Part shown: positions 1 to 10,701 of the stretch, in pieces
How positions within the stretch are numbered: the stretch's first letter is position 1
How the letters are laid out: each line of letters starts with the position of its first letter
Source: Azolla caroliniana
Taxonomy: Eukaryota > Plantae > Polypodiophyta
DNA: 64,000 nt
NCBI GenBank assembly: GCA_043228905.1
Contig: JBHGNT010000017.1
Span: forward strand, 10,044,001 to 10,108,000
Direction: 5' to 3'
Notes under the pieces: generated by a model
Database searches by the model: none
What the model was told of the DNA's origin: nothing
The model's input: only the letters and a program-made list of their open reading frames with translations
Position numbers and translations under genes: made by a program

Positions 1-238
1 CCAACTTGATACCACGTATCCAGTTGGTACACATATGTGCTACAATTTACATGTTTATTGTCTTATAATACTACATTGGGCATAAAAATCAAAGATTTTT
101 AGCTTTAGGTTTTAGATGTTATTTTGGAAAATTTAAGCCAAATGCCCCCTAGTATTAGGCATACAAATAGCCTTATGAAGTCTTTCTACAACTATCAGGG
201 CCCATTTCTTGAGTTTCCCTATTTTATTATGTGATTAG

Positions 239-644
239 GTCTGCAGATCCTAAGGATGAGCACCCTAAGAAGATGATTCAACTAAAATTTCAAAGCTCTC
301 CGATAGAAACCTCTAAAGTCCCCCCTCTCACGTTCACGCAGAAAGGGAATAAATTATTATTTGAAGATGACTTTGTTAGGCAACCATTTGACAAAGTGAG
401 TCAGGAGAAGAGGGTGGCTCCTCATGGGGGTGAAACTCTGATTGATAGAGACATCATTGAACACGAGTGGGCCATGCAGTATGTTGACTCAAGTAAGAAG
501 GTTGTACTCATAATGTCTCATAACAAAGGTCAAGGGGAGCTAGCCAAGGACCGACCCTTTGGTTATGGCTAAATATTGAGATTGGACTATGAAGACGCGG
601 ACTCCAAAACCCTAGTGGTTCTAGTTTAATGCTCGAAGGGAGTT
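239..644 (+). pseudogene. 5' exon portion of decayed ParB-like/DNA amino-methyltransferase gene (copy 1), interrupted by the Gypsy at 645
   Basis: The translation GELAKDRPFGYG*ILRLDYED continues across the GAGTT TSD into VHKLWVCEDLLV...NNLITTLQPYIYG at 10702+. It aligns with GKLQVDKTFTYGQIKSVEYED...NNLIVILCPYIKG in copy 2 (49109-49444 -). A putative splice acceptor (ttag) ends at 238. Confidence 0.6.
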
Positions 645-1024
645 TGTTGGCCGGTCAAAAGAGCAAGGACAAGTGGGAAGGCGGATCGGATAATAGGAAG
701 TAATAGTAGAATTATTATTCGGAGGGACGGATTCGGTACAGTTGTACCGATCCGGATCCGAACTGATTCGGATGTCCGTTGCCTAAGCGCACCGATTGTA
801 ACCTTGCCGGATGCCTATAAAAGGATCCGATGATTTGTAAAGTGTTTTGACGGAAGTAATACAATAGTAATTATTGTGTATTTATCTGTATCTCGTATTG
901 TTTGCCGTCCGTGCTTAATTGTAATTATCTTATGCGTGTAACCTAGCATCCAATCCTTACCACCCCTTTGGAGAAGTGTCGGGTAGACACCTGTGTTGAG
1001 GCTAGTTCGGCCAGACAGACAACA
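645..1024 (+). repeat. 5' LTR of G1
   Basis: TGTTGGCCGG...CAGACAACA, direct repeat of 10317-10696, with a TATA-like CTATAAAAGG near 815. Confidence 0.97.
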
Positions 1025-1030
1025 CTATTT

Positions 1031-1040
1031 TGGCGACCAC
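1031..1040 (+). promoter_or_regulatory. Primer binding site of G1, probably tRNA-Arg(UCG)
   Basis: TGGCGACCAC 6 nt after the LTR, complementary to a ...GTGGTCG-CCA tRNA end (isoacceptor recalled from plant tRNA-Arg, not searched). Confidence 0.65.
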
Positions 1041-1112
1041 GATTCCTGCAAAGTGCAGAGGACAACCGGGGGATGGATATCTAGACCAAACGACGACCAC
1101 ATCACCGAATGA

Positions 1113-3023
1113 GGGAGACGATACACCGAACGCGAGCAACGACGGGAAGCCCTGCAGCAAGCCGTCGACGAGATCCGGCGGGATCGGTCATTCTCCAAAA
1201 CTCTTCGGAGAGTCGCAGAAGAAGCACTACAGTTCCGGGTTCTGCAAATCCCCGACGAAGGCAGTAGCATAACAAGCCTGCAAGAGGCGGAAACGATACT
1301 GCAGACGCTCGCCGCGGGCGACGGGGACTCGGAAGCATTCGCAACACTTGAGGCGGAGTCGGAAAGCGACGGAAGCGTTGTATCCCGGTATAAAAGCAGC
1401 CACGACACACCAAACGACCGGGAGGACGAGGGGTCGGAAGACTCAGTAACACCGGCGCCAGAGGAAGAAATAACCCTGGAATTCGGTGACCAGCAACCGC
1501 CGAGGAAGGCTGACCGGATACCGACAACAACCGCGAGGGAACCGAAGGAGTGGATACCGACAACAACCGCGGAGGAACCAACGGACCGGACACCGGCAAC
1601 ACCCGCGGAGGAACCAAAGGTTCTCACACCAACGCCAACAGCGGACAGAGAACGGAGGGAACAGGAGAGTCAGTTGGACGACACGATGCCGTACCCATAC
1701 CCAAAGTACCGGGATGAGGCCGACGCGGAGGCACACGTGTACGCATTCCTCCAAACATGGGAAGCCAACCATATCTCCCAAAGACTGACGGAGCCCGAAG
1801 CCGAACGATCCAAAATCGCCGAATTCGGCATAACCTTAGAAGGACCGGCGGCCCAATGGCACGCAAAGCACTTACCAGGCACCTTTGCCACATTCGATGC
1901 CTTGAAGGCCAGATTCCTCAGGTTTTTTCACAGACAATTTGAGCAAAGGGAATTGGTCGGGCAGTTCTACACCACCCGGCAGGAAGAGAACGAGACTATG
2001 CCACAATTCATCATTCGGTTCCAGACCCTGCACAACCAACTGACAAGAGCACCACCCGAAGACGAAGCCAAAGCAGTCTTTCTGGCCGCACTGAAAGAGC
2101 CACTTCGAACAATGTGCGGAGTCCTTGATTTCCAAACCAGCACAATGGACCAAGTTATTGATCGGGTTTTAGAAATGGACAAGACTAGCCCCTTCTTGTC
2201 GATGGGGATGTTACACCGGGCACTCCCAAAAGAGGAAGACCTGAGGTTTCGACAAGCCTTACAATGTACAACATGCCTAAATTCGGGGCACTCAACAGTA
2301 GACTGCACCCTGCGGACACAATGTGTGATCTGCAACTCTCGAGCCCATACAACGGACCGATGCGAATACAACCTGTTAAATCGACAGGCAGCACCGGTTC
2401 GACACATAGAACCGCGCAATCAGAACCCGGACGAGGATCGATTCCGGAGAGACGACCGCTACCAACGCGAACGCGGTAACAGATACGCTGATAGAAGATG
2501 CGGCAACTATGACCGAGAGGAGAGACGCAGAGATAGCTACCCCCGGGACCGGTACGACAGAGACGAATCCCCGGAAGACGACAGACGCGGAGAAGAGAGG
2601 CGACAAGGATACGCTGATAGAAGACGCGACAACTATGACCGAGAGAAGAGACGCAAAGAAAGCTACCCTCGGGACCGGTACGACCGAGACGGAGCCCCGG
2701 AATACGACCGACGCGGAGAAGAGAGGCGACAAGGGAACCGAAATTTCCGACGGAATCAGAAGCGTGGATTTTTCCGAAGAGAGGAACGTCGGGAGGCAGC
2801 AAGGAATGACAACCCGGTATACGTACCGGATAACCGAAAAACCGAAAAACCGAAGACGACCGCCGGAGCATACCCACCCTCCAAACCGGGGACAAAGGAG
2901 AAACGAGCAACAGTCACAAGGTGTACTGTTATTACTGCCGCAAGGAAGGCCACTATAGTAACCAATGCCCAAGCAAAAGCTATGACAAGCAGCCGGAAGT
3001 CAACATGGTTACAGCCGAAATAA
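1113..3023 (+). pseudogene. gag: gag of G1 (retrotransposon capsid domain plus three CCHC zinc knuckles)
   Basis: The frame is open from 1113 through MPYPYPKY and the knuckles CTTCLNSGHSTVDC and CVICNSRAHTTDRC. A third knuckle, CYYCRKEGHYSNQC (about 2927-2968), lies in a shifted frame. Confidence 0.85.
2482..2733 (+). repeat. 126-bp (42-codon) in-frame tandem duplication in the R/D-rich gag linker
   Basis: GATACGCTGATAGAAGA starts at 2482 and 2608; the peptide YADRR..NYDRE.RR..SYPRDRYDRD..PE.DRRGEERRQG occurs twice. Confidence 0.9.
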
Positions 3024-3160
3024 CAGAAGTACAGTAGGTCACAACCCGGTCAAAGGGAAAGACCGCCGAGTGGGAAGCCCAGGAGGCAATCAGAAAACAA
3101 GCGACACAATGGATCAAGGAGGCCAATGAACAGAATGCGGCAGAAGTAAGAGACCAAAAT

Positions 3161-6100
3161 ATGCCAAAAGACGAAGAAATCATACAGCCAGGAGAAAACC
3201 CGACGTGGCAAGCGCTACAGGACTGTCAAATCGTGCTGCCGTTAGCACGACTACTACAGTTAGTGCCACGATTTACGGCAGATATACAGGCATCCGTCAG
3301 CAAACCGAAGCCGACGCCAGCACCGGCATTCTTCTCCAACCCGGAGGAAGGACCAGCGGTGGTCGATACAAGTAGCCCGGCGATCACGGCAATCGTGAAA
3401 GGAAAGGAAATTGCTGGAACGATTATTGACGGAGGCTCCGGGGTAAATGTCATCAGCCAACAGACATGCAACGACCTGGGCATCCGGGAATGGGAACCAT
3501 GCCCCTTCTGGTTACGCATGGCGGATACTAGCTCAGTCCGACCGACCGGACTTATCCGGGATTTGGAAATCACGATCGGAGGCCACGTATTCCGGATATC
3601 GGCCGTGGTGCTGCAGCTGAATGTACAAGGCGCGTACCCCCTACTGCTAGGACGACCATGGCTGCGAACGGCGCATATCAAGCAGAACTGGCAAAAGAAC
3701 ATGATCACATTCCGGCGAGGGAAAACAAAGGTACGAGTAACGACGCAACCACGGGTGATCACCAGTAAGGAAGCAACTCCATTGTATGCGGAAAGCATTA
3801 ACATGTTGGAGGGATTACCGGACGAGGAAGTCGAGCGGTACCTCGAGGAACACCCACGAATCGTCCCACTATTTGAGGTGGATATCACGGCGGCAGTAGA
3901 ACCGTACATTACAACGCCGGAAGAACCGGACCAAGCGGCGATCCGGGAACTACGACAAGCGCAGGAATCCCTAGAGAGGGAAATGACGATATCCCAGAGG
4001 GTAAAAGCATCCCAACTCGAGGAGGTGGACCTCGGCACAGCAGACAAGCCCCGACCGGTAAATGTTGCAAAGGAATTGCCGAAGGAAGAAAAGAAGGCAA
4101 TGGTAGCATTGTTAACAGACTTCAAGGATGTGTTCGCGTGGTCGTACGAAGACATGCGAGGGCTGGACCCCCAGCTCTATCAGCACCAAATTCACCTAAG
4201 TACGGGCGCGAAACCGATTGCTCAACGCAGGTACCGGATGAATCTGAATTATGCGGCAAAGGTGAAGGAGGAAATTGATAAGCTCCTCCGGGTCGGATTT
4301 ATCCGACCGGTCAAGCAGGCAACCTGGCTGAGTCCGATAGTGGTAGTCCCGAAAAAGAACAGAAAAATCCGGGTATGCGTGGACTACCGAAAACTAAATG
4401 CCGCAACAGTGACCGATGCGTTTCCACTACCATTTACGGACGGGGTGTTAGATGCGGTAGCCGGGCACGAAGTTTACAGCTTCCTGGATGGATTTAGCGG
4501 CTACAACCAAATACGAATGAACCCGGCCGACCAAGAGAAGACCGCGTTCGTGACGGAATGGGGAGTGTTTGTCGCGGTCGTGATGATGTTCAGACTAAAG
4601 ACGGCTCCAGCGACCTTTCAAAGGATAATAATGGAAATTTTCGGGGAATATATCCCCGGTTTTATGCAGGTCTTCCTTGATGATTTCGCGGTCTACAGCC
4701 GGCACGGAGAGCATCTCGATCACCTCCGGCTGTGCTTGGAGAAGTGCCGCGAGTACCGATTGAGCCTGAATCCGGCCAAGTGCGTCTTTGGAGTGGCAAG
4801 CGGCAACTTGCTAGGGCACGTGGTGAGTAAGGAAGGAATCGCAGTAGATCCGGATAAAGTCAAGGCGATTCTCGATGCGCCAGCACCAAGTAACGCAAAG
4901 GCTTTAAGCCGGTTCCTGGGCCAAATAAGGTGGCATAGCCGGATGATACGGCACCTCGCGGACTTCGCTACACCGTTACATACCGCCGTACATAGGGTAC
5001 CCTTCCTATGGGCAGAGACGGAGGAGGAAGCCTACAAAGCGTTGAAGGTCATGTTGTCGCAAGCTCCGGTGGTGCAACCGCCGGATTGGAGTAAAAGCTT
5101 TCACGTCTTCGTCGACGCGTCGGACGTAGCAATCGGCAGCGTTCTGATGCAACTCACAGAGCCGAAATGGTACCGACCGGTGTACTACGCAAGCCGGAAA
5201 CTCTCAAAAGCCGAACGGAATTACTCTACGACGGAACGCGAGGCATTGGGAATGGTGTACAGTGTCACAAAGTACAGGCACTATCTGCTCGGAAGGAAGT
5301 TTTCCTTCCATGTCGACCATTCGGCACTACTCTACCTGGTCTCGAAGGCATCCCTGACGGGAAAAATTGCACGGTGGACACTGCTACTACAGGAATTTGA
5401 ATTCGACATTTTCCACCGACCCGGGGCGCAGCATGCGGTAGCGGACTATCTAAGCAGACTTGAATCCGGAGAAGCAGGGGACGGCGTCCAGGATGAGTTT
5501 CCCGACGCCGAATTGTTCCGGATCACGACGAAACCGGCAACGGATACAACGGTAGCCGACGAAGACACATGGCTAACTGAGATGCACCAGTTCCTGAGCA
5601 CCGGAGTTCCCCCGGAAAACATGGACCGCGATGAAAGGAAAAGGGTAGCAGTAAGAAGTAGACATTTCTACTTGGTTGGAGACACCCTCTATCACAAGGG
5701 GGCAGATGGCATCTGGAGACGAGCAGTGCGGAGCGATGAGAAGTATCTAATCCTCAGGGAAGCCCACTGTGGAATTGCCGGCGGGCATTATGCCGGCGAC
5801 GCAACCGCTCGGAAAATATGGCAGAGCGGGCTGTGGTGGCCGACCACCCTAAAAGATGCCGTGAAGTATAGCAGAGAATGCGATTTGTGTCAACGACTGG
5901 GACAACCCACAGAGCAAGCCCGGATGCCACACCACCCGGTCTTGCCCTTAGAACCGTTTCAAAAGTGGGGGTTGGATTTTGTCGGTCCCTTCAAACCACC
6001 GGCAATGCGAACCGGAAATCGGTAAGTCATTGTGGCGACCGACTATTGCACCAAATGGGTAGAAGCAAAGGCCTTACGGGACAACACGGCCGCTTCCACG

Positions 6101-7018
6101 GCAAAGTTTCTGTACAAATGCATATGGTGCCGGTATGGATGCCCGATCGAGCTTATAAGTGACCAAGGAGGACATTTTCTCGGGCAGGTAGTAGAAAGCC
6201 TGACGTCATTTTACGCGGTGGTACATAAAAAGAGTACACCCTACTACCCTCAAGCCAATGGACTAGCGGAATCAACGAACAAAACTCTGCAGAACATCCT
6301 ACGAAAAATCGTCAACGAGAACCGGACCGACTGGGATACGAAATTGCAAAGCGCGCTATGGGCGTACCGAACAACGTACAAAACCAGCATCCGGACAACC
6401 CCGTTCCGACTAGCATTCGGGTTAGAAGCGGTCATGCCGATAGAGTTCCAGATCCCCAGCTTACGGATTCAGGTAAAGGAGCGCTTAAGTGAGAACGAGT
6501 CCGAACGAATCCGACTGGCAACCCTGTTGGAATTAGAGGAAAACCGAATAGCCAGCTTACTACAACTCGAACTGGAGCAAAGGAGGAGAAAAGCCTTCGT
6601 GGACCGACACCGGCGTGGCAATGAAAAGGAGTTCGAAGTCGGGAAACCGGTGCTACTATTCCAGACAAGGATGGGGAACATGCCGGGAAAGTTGCGGTTT
6701 CGATGGACCGGACCGTTCTGGATCACCAAGGAGTACAATGGGTCGTATCAGCTCGGCACGTTGTCTGGAGAAGTCATCGGCAAGTGGGCAAATGGATTTC
6801 GGCTAAAGCCGTATAAAGGAAATATGCCAGCCAACCCGTTCAAGCGAAACCCGGAAATCCGGCAAGATGAGGAACCGACACCGACAGACGCGGCTGAAGA
6901 CATTCGGACCGAGGAAGAACCGACACCGATACTGACGAGGACCATCCCGGAAAACCGACAGAAGGATCCGGTATCCACACGAACCGACCCGAACAAATCG
7001 GGGGGGACCAGCAAATGA
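3161..7018 (+). pseudogene. pol: pol of G1 (aspartic protease, reverse transcriptase, RNase H, integrase) with one in-frame TAA at 6023-6025
   Basis: Motifs IIDGGSGVN (PR), VFLDDF (RT), VDASD...TTERE...ADYLSRL (RH), H-X6-H...CDLC plus WGLDFVGP, ISDQG, PQANGLAE (INT) and WTGPF. ORFs 3161-6025 and 6032-7018 are in the same frame. Confidence 0.95.
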
Positions 7019-7244
7019 CGTGGTCCAAGCAAAAGAGAAAAAAAAATAATAATAATAATAAATGAAAAAAAAAATAAAAAATGACGTGGGCAAAAATTAT
7101 AATGATGGGGAGATCACAAGAGGTGGGAGCGCCACCATGCAACGAAGAGGCACCATGCATTAAAGAAGGACGTGTGCGGACTTGCTATTTAAAGCAGGGA
7201 ACGTGGGTACTCACACGCGGCAAACAAGAAAGGACATACTAATT

Positions 7245-10043
7245 ATGGCGGGAGAAGAACATGCGCGGGAAACGAAAAAGGACGGCTCGAGGCACAACCC
7301 ACTATATAAGACACAGGCCTGCGAAGGGCTCACTTTTCACGAATTTTCCTACATACAGGCGCAGAAGCACAGAAGAGCGACCCGAAGAAATGGTACTGTC
7401 GGAAGAGGCACGCCAATGGATGACGCTCCACCACACGCAGAACCAGAGCAGGCGGCAGCATCGATCGACATATCAGAGGTCACGGAAGGAGCGGTGCAGG
7501 CACTCACGGGGATCAAAGCAGGAGGACTGCAAACAATCGAAAACCCTTCCAGTGAAATCCTGTTCGAATATTTCGGGGAATACTCTATCAGCAGCAAGGC
7601 GTACCGAACGCATGGCGGAGAGAACCTGCTGTTCGGAGAAGTGGCCCGCGCTATGATGGAATACGGATTCGTGAATCCTCGTCCCCCAGCCATAGCCAAG
7701 TACCGGGCAGCATTCTTGATAGCAGCGTACGAGGGCTTACAAATAGACTGGCTCCATTTCATAACCGAAGGATTGAAGGAGGCCATCAAAAATCTGGTGG
7801 AAGGGAAAAAGCCATGGGCCGGGATAGCACAATGGCTAACGGTGTTAGTCCCACCGGTACTCCCCATCACACAAAAGAAAAGAGGTCGGCAGGAGACGAC
7901 GCCGAAAAAGATAACAAAGCGCCGACAGATCTTGGAGAAACACACCCCCGGATGGACCCCGCAAGAAGCAGAACAGCAGGGGGAAGGACCATCCCGACAG
8001 CAACAGGAACCGGCAACAAAGGCAAAACCGGCAGGTAAAGGCAAAGGGAAAGCGGCCGAGGAGGAACCGGTAGCGTGCAAACCAATCCATATAACGTTGC
8101 GACGGCCGGAACCGGAACCAGAGGTCTCTAGACAAAAGGTCCGTCTGGTACCCGCACCGGAGGAGGAAACTGAAACAGAAGACTCATCCGAACCACTGGT
8201 AAGACTCCCAGCAAGACAAGGTCGGGAGAAACGGGCGAAAGGACCGGCTCCACCTGTGGACAGAACTCAGCAGAGGGCGCAAGGACCATCTCCAGTAGCC
8301 GAGGCTGAAACAGCACCGGAACCCGTACGCAGGGAAGCAGCACCGACACCGGTTGGGCCGGACTTCAGAAAACCGGTCATCCCAGAGAAGAAGAAGGAAC
8401 GAGCGCCGGAGCCGGAGCCAGAGAAGATGCCGGAAAATCAGCCTGGCTTAAGTGAGCAAGGCCACCCCGAAATCGGAAGAACAAAGCCACAATGGCTGAG
8501 ATGGCTTTCGGAGCAGTTATCGGGAGTAGCGGACCAGTTAGAGAAAGAAGAAACGTGTCGGCAACAACTGACGCATACAACAACTCTGGAGTTGGTCGCG
8601 CTCCGAACACAGATCGAGGAAATGCAAGGGGAGCTGTTGCAGGCAAGGGAAGGAATTCAACAAGCACAAGCTGTCACCGAGCCGGTCGGGACAACAAGGA
8701 AGCAACCAGAACCGGAACCGGAACCGGTAGCCTTGCAAACTGGCCCTGAGACCGAAAAAATAATAGAAACCTTACGAGAGGAGTTACAAGCTCAGGAGGC
8801 ATTAAGGGAAAGAGAAAGGGAGCAGCGGAAAGCGGTGGAGGATGACAGACGAAAAATGGAAGAAGGCCTCCGGAAAGGTCGAGCCGCTAATGACCGACTG
8901 CAAGAAGAAAAAGAGAAGCTGCAAAAGGAGAAGGACCGACTACGTCGACATGCCGAACAAGAGATAGAACGACTGCAGGAAGAACTCCGACAACAGAAGG
9001 ACCGGGACGATCGGTTAAGAGCTCAGGCAACCCGACGCCTGAAGCAGAAGACGGAGGACTTCGACCGTCTCTACCGAGATCACAAGCAGGCCGAGTCGGA
9101 CAACAAAAAACGAGCAGCAGACTACGACCGGCAAATAGAGAAGCTGAAAGAGCAGCTCAAAGAGACCCGATTAGACCTGGCTAAGGCGATGGATGAGGTC
9201 AGTGCCAACAAGGAAGCATTGTCGGCGGAAATAGCCCAAGCAACGGAGAGAAGGAAGGAATTAGAGGCGCTAAGGCGGGAAAAGCTGGACCTGACCAAGA
9301 TCAGGAATGAAGAAAAGGAAAAATCGACCTTCACGATCAGCAAACTGCAGAGTACCTATGAAAAGCAGAAAGCAGATTACGAGGCCCAGGCTCAGATAAT
9401 GGCCGACATTATAAAACGGGCAAGGAAGGAAAAGCAGGAAGCTTATGCGCATGCTAAGGCAGGAGTTGACCAGATCAAGCTCATCATGTTAGGATGGAGT
9501 ACCCGAGCTCAGGCAAGTATCAACGAAAGTACGGAAAAGCTATGGAAGGAGTGGTCACAACAGGCAGCCGAGCTGCAGACACTCCGAGCGGATGCCGAGA
9601 ATCGGAAGAAGACCGGTGACAGGTTCTATAAGATGGATGAAGAAAGTATCGTCACCATTCGGGAGGAATTGTTGGAGGATTTCTACACTTTGGCAGAAGA
9701 ACACCTCAAAGAAATCCGAGGGTTGGTAGAGAGGTTGGATGACGGGCAGCTCGCAACTCAGTTGGAGTTGGAGAGATACGAGCAGGACCGGTTACGACAG
9801 GAAGCTAAGGAAAGAACGACGCCAACCACTATTGGTGAGGGAACGCGACCGGCTGAAAATGAACCAACCGACACCGAACAACCCCGACGAGGAATACCTG
9901 AAGACGAACTTGAAGAAGAGCAGGAGCGGACCGATGCCGGAGAAGAAGAAGAGCTGAGACCGGAAGACACCAGAGCAGAGGAAGGAGGCATATCAAGTCG
10001 ACTAGTCGCGACCAGTCGAGACCGGAGAAAGCGACACCGGTAA
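7245..10043 (+). CDS. Extra ORF of G1: conserved N-terminal domain, low-complexity linker and long coiled coil; function unknown
   Basis: About 930 open codons between pol and the 3' LTR, homologous to 15196-18176 (-) (EYFGEY...KAYRT.GG.N..FGE.A; LRA.AENR.K.G..FYKMDE.SI). Confidence 0.85.
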   Translation: MAGEEHARETKKDGSRHNPLYKTQACEGLTFHEFSYIQAQKHRRATRRNGTVGRGTPMDDAPPHAEPEQAAASIDISEVTEGAVQALTGIKAGGLQTIENPSSEILFEYFGEYSISSKAYRTHGGENLLFGEVARAMMEYGFVNPRPPAIAKYRAAFLIAAYEGLQIDWLHFITEGLKEAIKNLVEGKKPWAGIAQWLTVLVPPVLPITQKKRGRQETTPKKITKRRQILEKHTPGWTPQEAEQQGEGPSRQQQEPATKAKPAGKGKGKAAEEEPVACKPIHITLRRPEPEPEVSRQKVRLVPAPEEETETEDSSEPLVRLPARQGREKRAKGPAPPVDRTQQRAQGPSPVAEAETAPEPVRREAAPTPVGPDFRKPVIPEKKKERAPEPEPEKMPENQPGLSEQGHPEIGRTKPQWLRWLSEQLSGVADQLEKEETCRQQLTHTTTLELVALRTQIEEMQGELLQAREGIQQAQAVTEPVGTTRKQPEPEPEPVALQTGPETEKIIETLREELQAQEALREREREQRKAVEDDRRKMEEGLRKGRAANDRLQEEKEKLQKEKDRLRRHAEQEIERLQEELRQQKDRDDRLRAQATRRLKQKTEDFDRLYRDHKQAESDNKKRAADYDRQIEKLKEQLKETRLDLAKAMDEVSANKEALSAEIAQATERRKELEALRREKLDLTKIRNEEKEKSTFTISKLQSTYEKQKADYEAQAQIMADIIKRARKEKQEAYAHAKAGVDQIKLIMLGWSTRAQASINESTEKLWKEWSQQAAELQTLRADAENRKKTGDRFYKMDEESIVTIREELLEDFYTLAEEHLKEIRGLVERLDDGQLATQLELERYEQDRLRQEAKERTTPTTIGEGTRPAENEPTDTEQPRRGIPEDELEEEQERTDAGEEEELRPEDTRAEEGGISSRLVATSRDRRKRHR

Positions 10044-10273
10044 CAGAACAGAGCCAGGAACGGAGGGAGAACAGGAAGAACCCGGACGAAGCGGTGAGGA
10101 AGCACCGGCACCACGGAATCAAGCAGAGCCGGAGCAGAAAATTTTTACGGAACAGCCTACCCAACAGGAGGTCGGAGACCAGGCAGGCAAGGAACAGGAA
10201 CAGGAGGAAGAAGCACCACTTGACACTATCGAGCAAAGTGTGCTCGATATTTTGGAGGAAGACCGAGGCCGGG

Positions 10274-10314
10274 TGTGGATTCGAAGTGCAAGGCACTTTC
10301 CCACGGGCGTGCCA
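10274..10314 (+). other. tRNA-Arg 3'-half-like sequence with inserted hairpin at the PPT position of G1
   Basis: TGTGGATTCGA[AGTGCAAGGCACT]TTCCCACGGGCGTGCCA, then 2 nt, then the LTR TG. No purine tract is present. Confidence 0.8.
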
Positions 10315-10316
10315 TG

Positions 10317-10696
10317 TGTTGGCCGGTCAAAAGAGCAAGGACAAGTGGGAAGGCGGATCGGATAATAGGAAGTAATAGTAGAATTATTATTCGGAGGGAC
10401 GGATTCGGTACAGTTGTACCGATCCGGATCCGAACCGATTCGGATGTCGGTTGCCTAAGCGCACTGATTGTAATCTTGCCGGATGCCTATAAAAGGATCC
10501 GATGATTTGTAAAGTGTTTTGACGGAAGTAATACAATAGTAATTATTGTGTATTTATCTGTATCTCGTATTGTTTGCCGTCCGTGCTTAATTGTAATTAT
10601 CTTATGCGTGTAACCTAGCATCCAATCCTTACCACCCCTTTGGAGAAGTGTCGGGTAGACACCTGTGTTGAGGCTAGTCCGGCCAGACAGACAACA
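10317..10696 (+). repeat. 3' LTR of G1
   Basis: Direct repeat of 645-1024, followed by TSD GAGTT. Confidence 0.97.
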
Positions 10697-10701
10697 GAGT
10701 T

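Larger units (their letters stand above)
645..10696 (+). mobile_element. Full-length non-chromovirus Ty3/Gypsy LTR retrotransposon (Athila/Tat-related, non-seed-plant type) with extra ORF; element G1
   Basis: 380-bp LTRs at 645-1024 and 10317-10696 (TG...CA, about 5 substitutions by eye). Perfect 5-bp TSD GAGTT at 640-644 and 10697-10701. Domain order gag-PR-RT-RH-INT, no chromodomain. Confidence 0.97.

Noticed and set aside
1025-9343. Many long antisense or overlapping ORFs (e.g. 1025-1627, 3226-4155, 7349-8080; also 17212-18117 and 22859-23494)
   Set aside because: Shadow frames of GC-rich retroelement coding sequence with no recognisable motifs.
7245-10043. Extra ORF as a captured host myosin/SMC/trichohyalin gene or an env gene
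   Set aside because: Any such similarity would come from coiled-coil composition only. No motor/ATPase motif or transmembrane segment is evident, and its position is fixed within the element.
10227-10249. Perfect 9-bp hairpin TATCGAGCA-AAGTG-TGCTCGATA upstream of the G1 tRNA mimic
   Set aside because: No counterpart seen in G2; may be chance.
10274-10314. Functional tRNA genes at the Gypsy 3' ends or inside LTRs
   Set aside because: No D-arm, anticodon arm or 5' acceptor strand could be folded, so these are reported as tRNA-like segments only.
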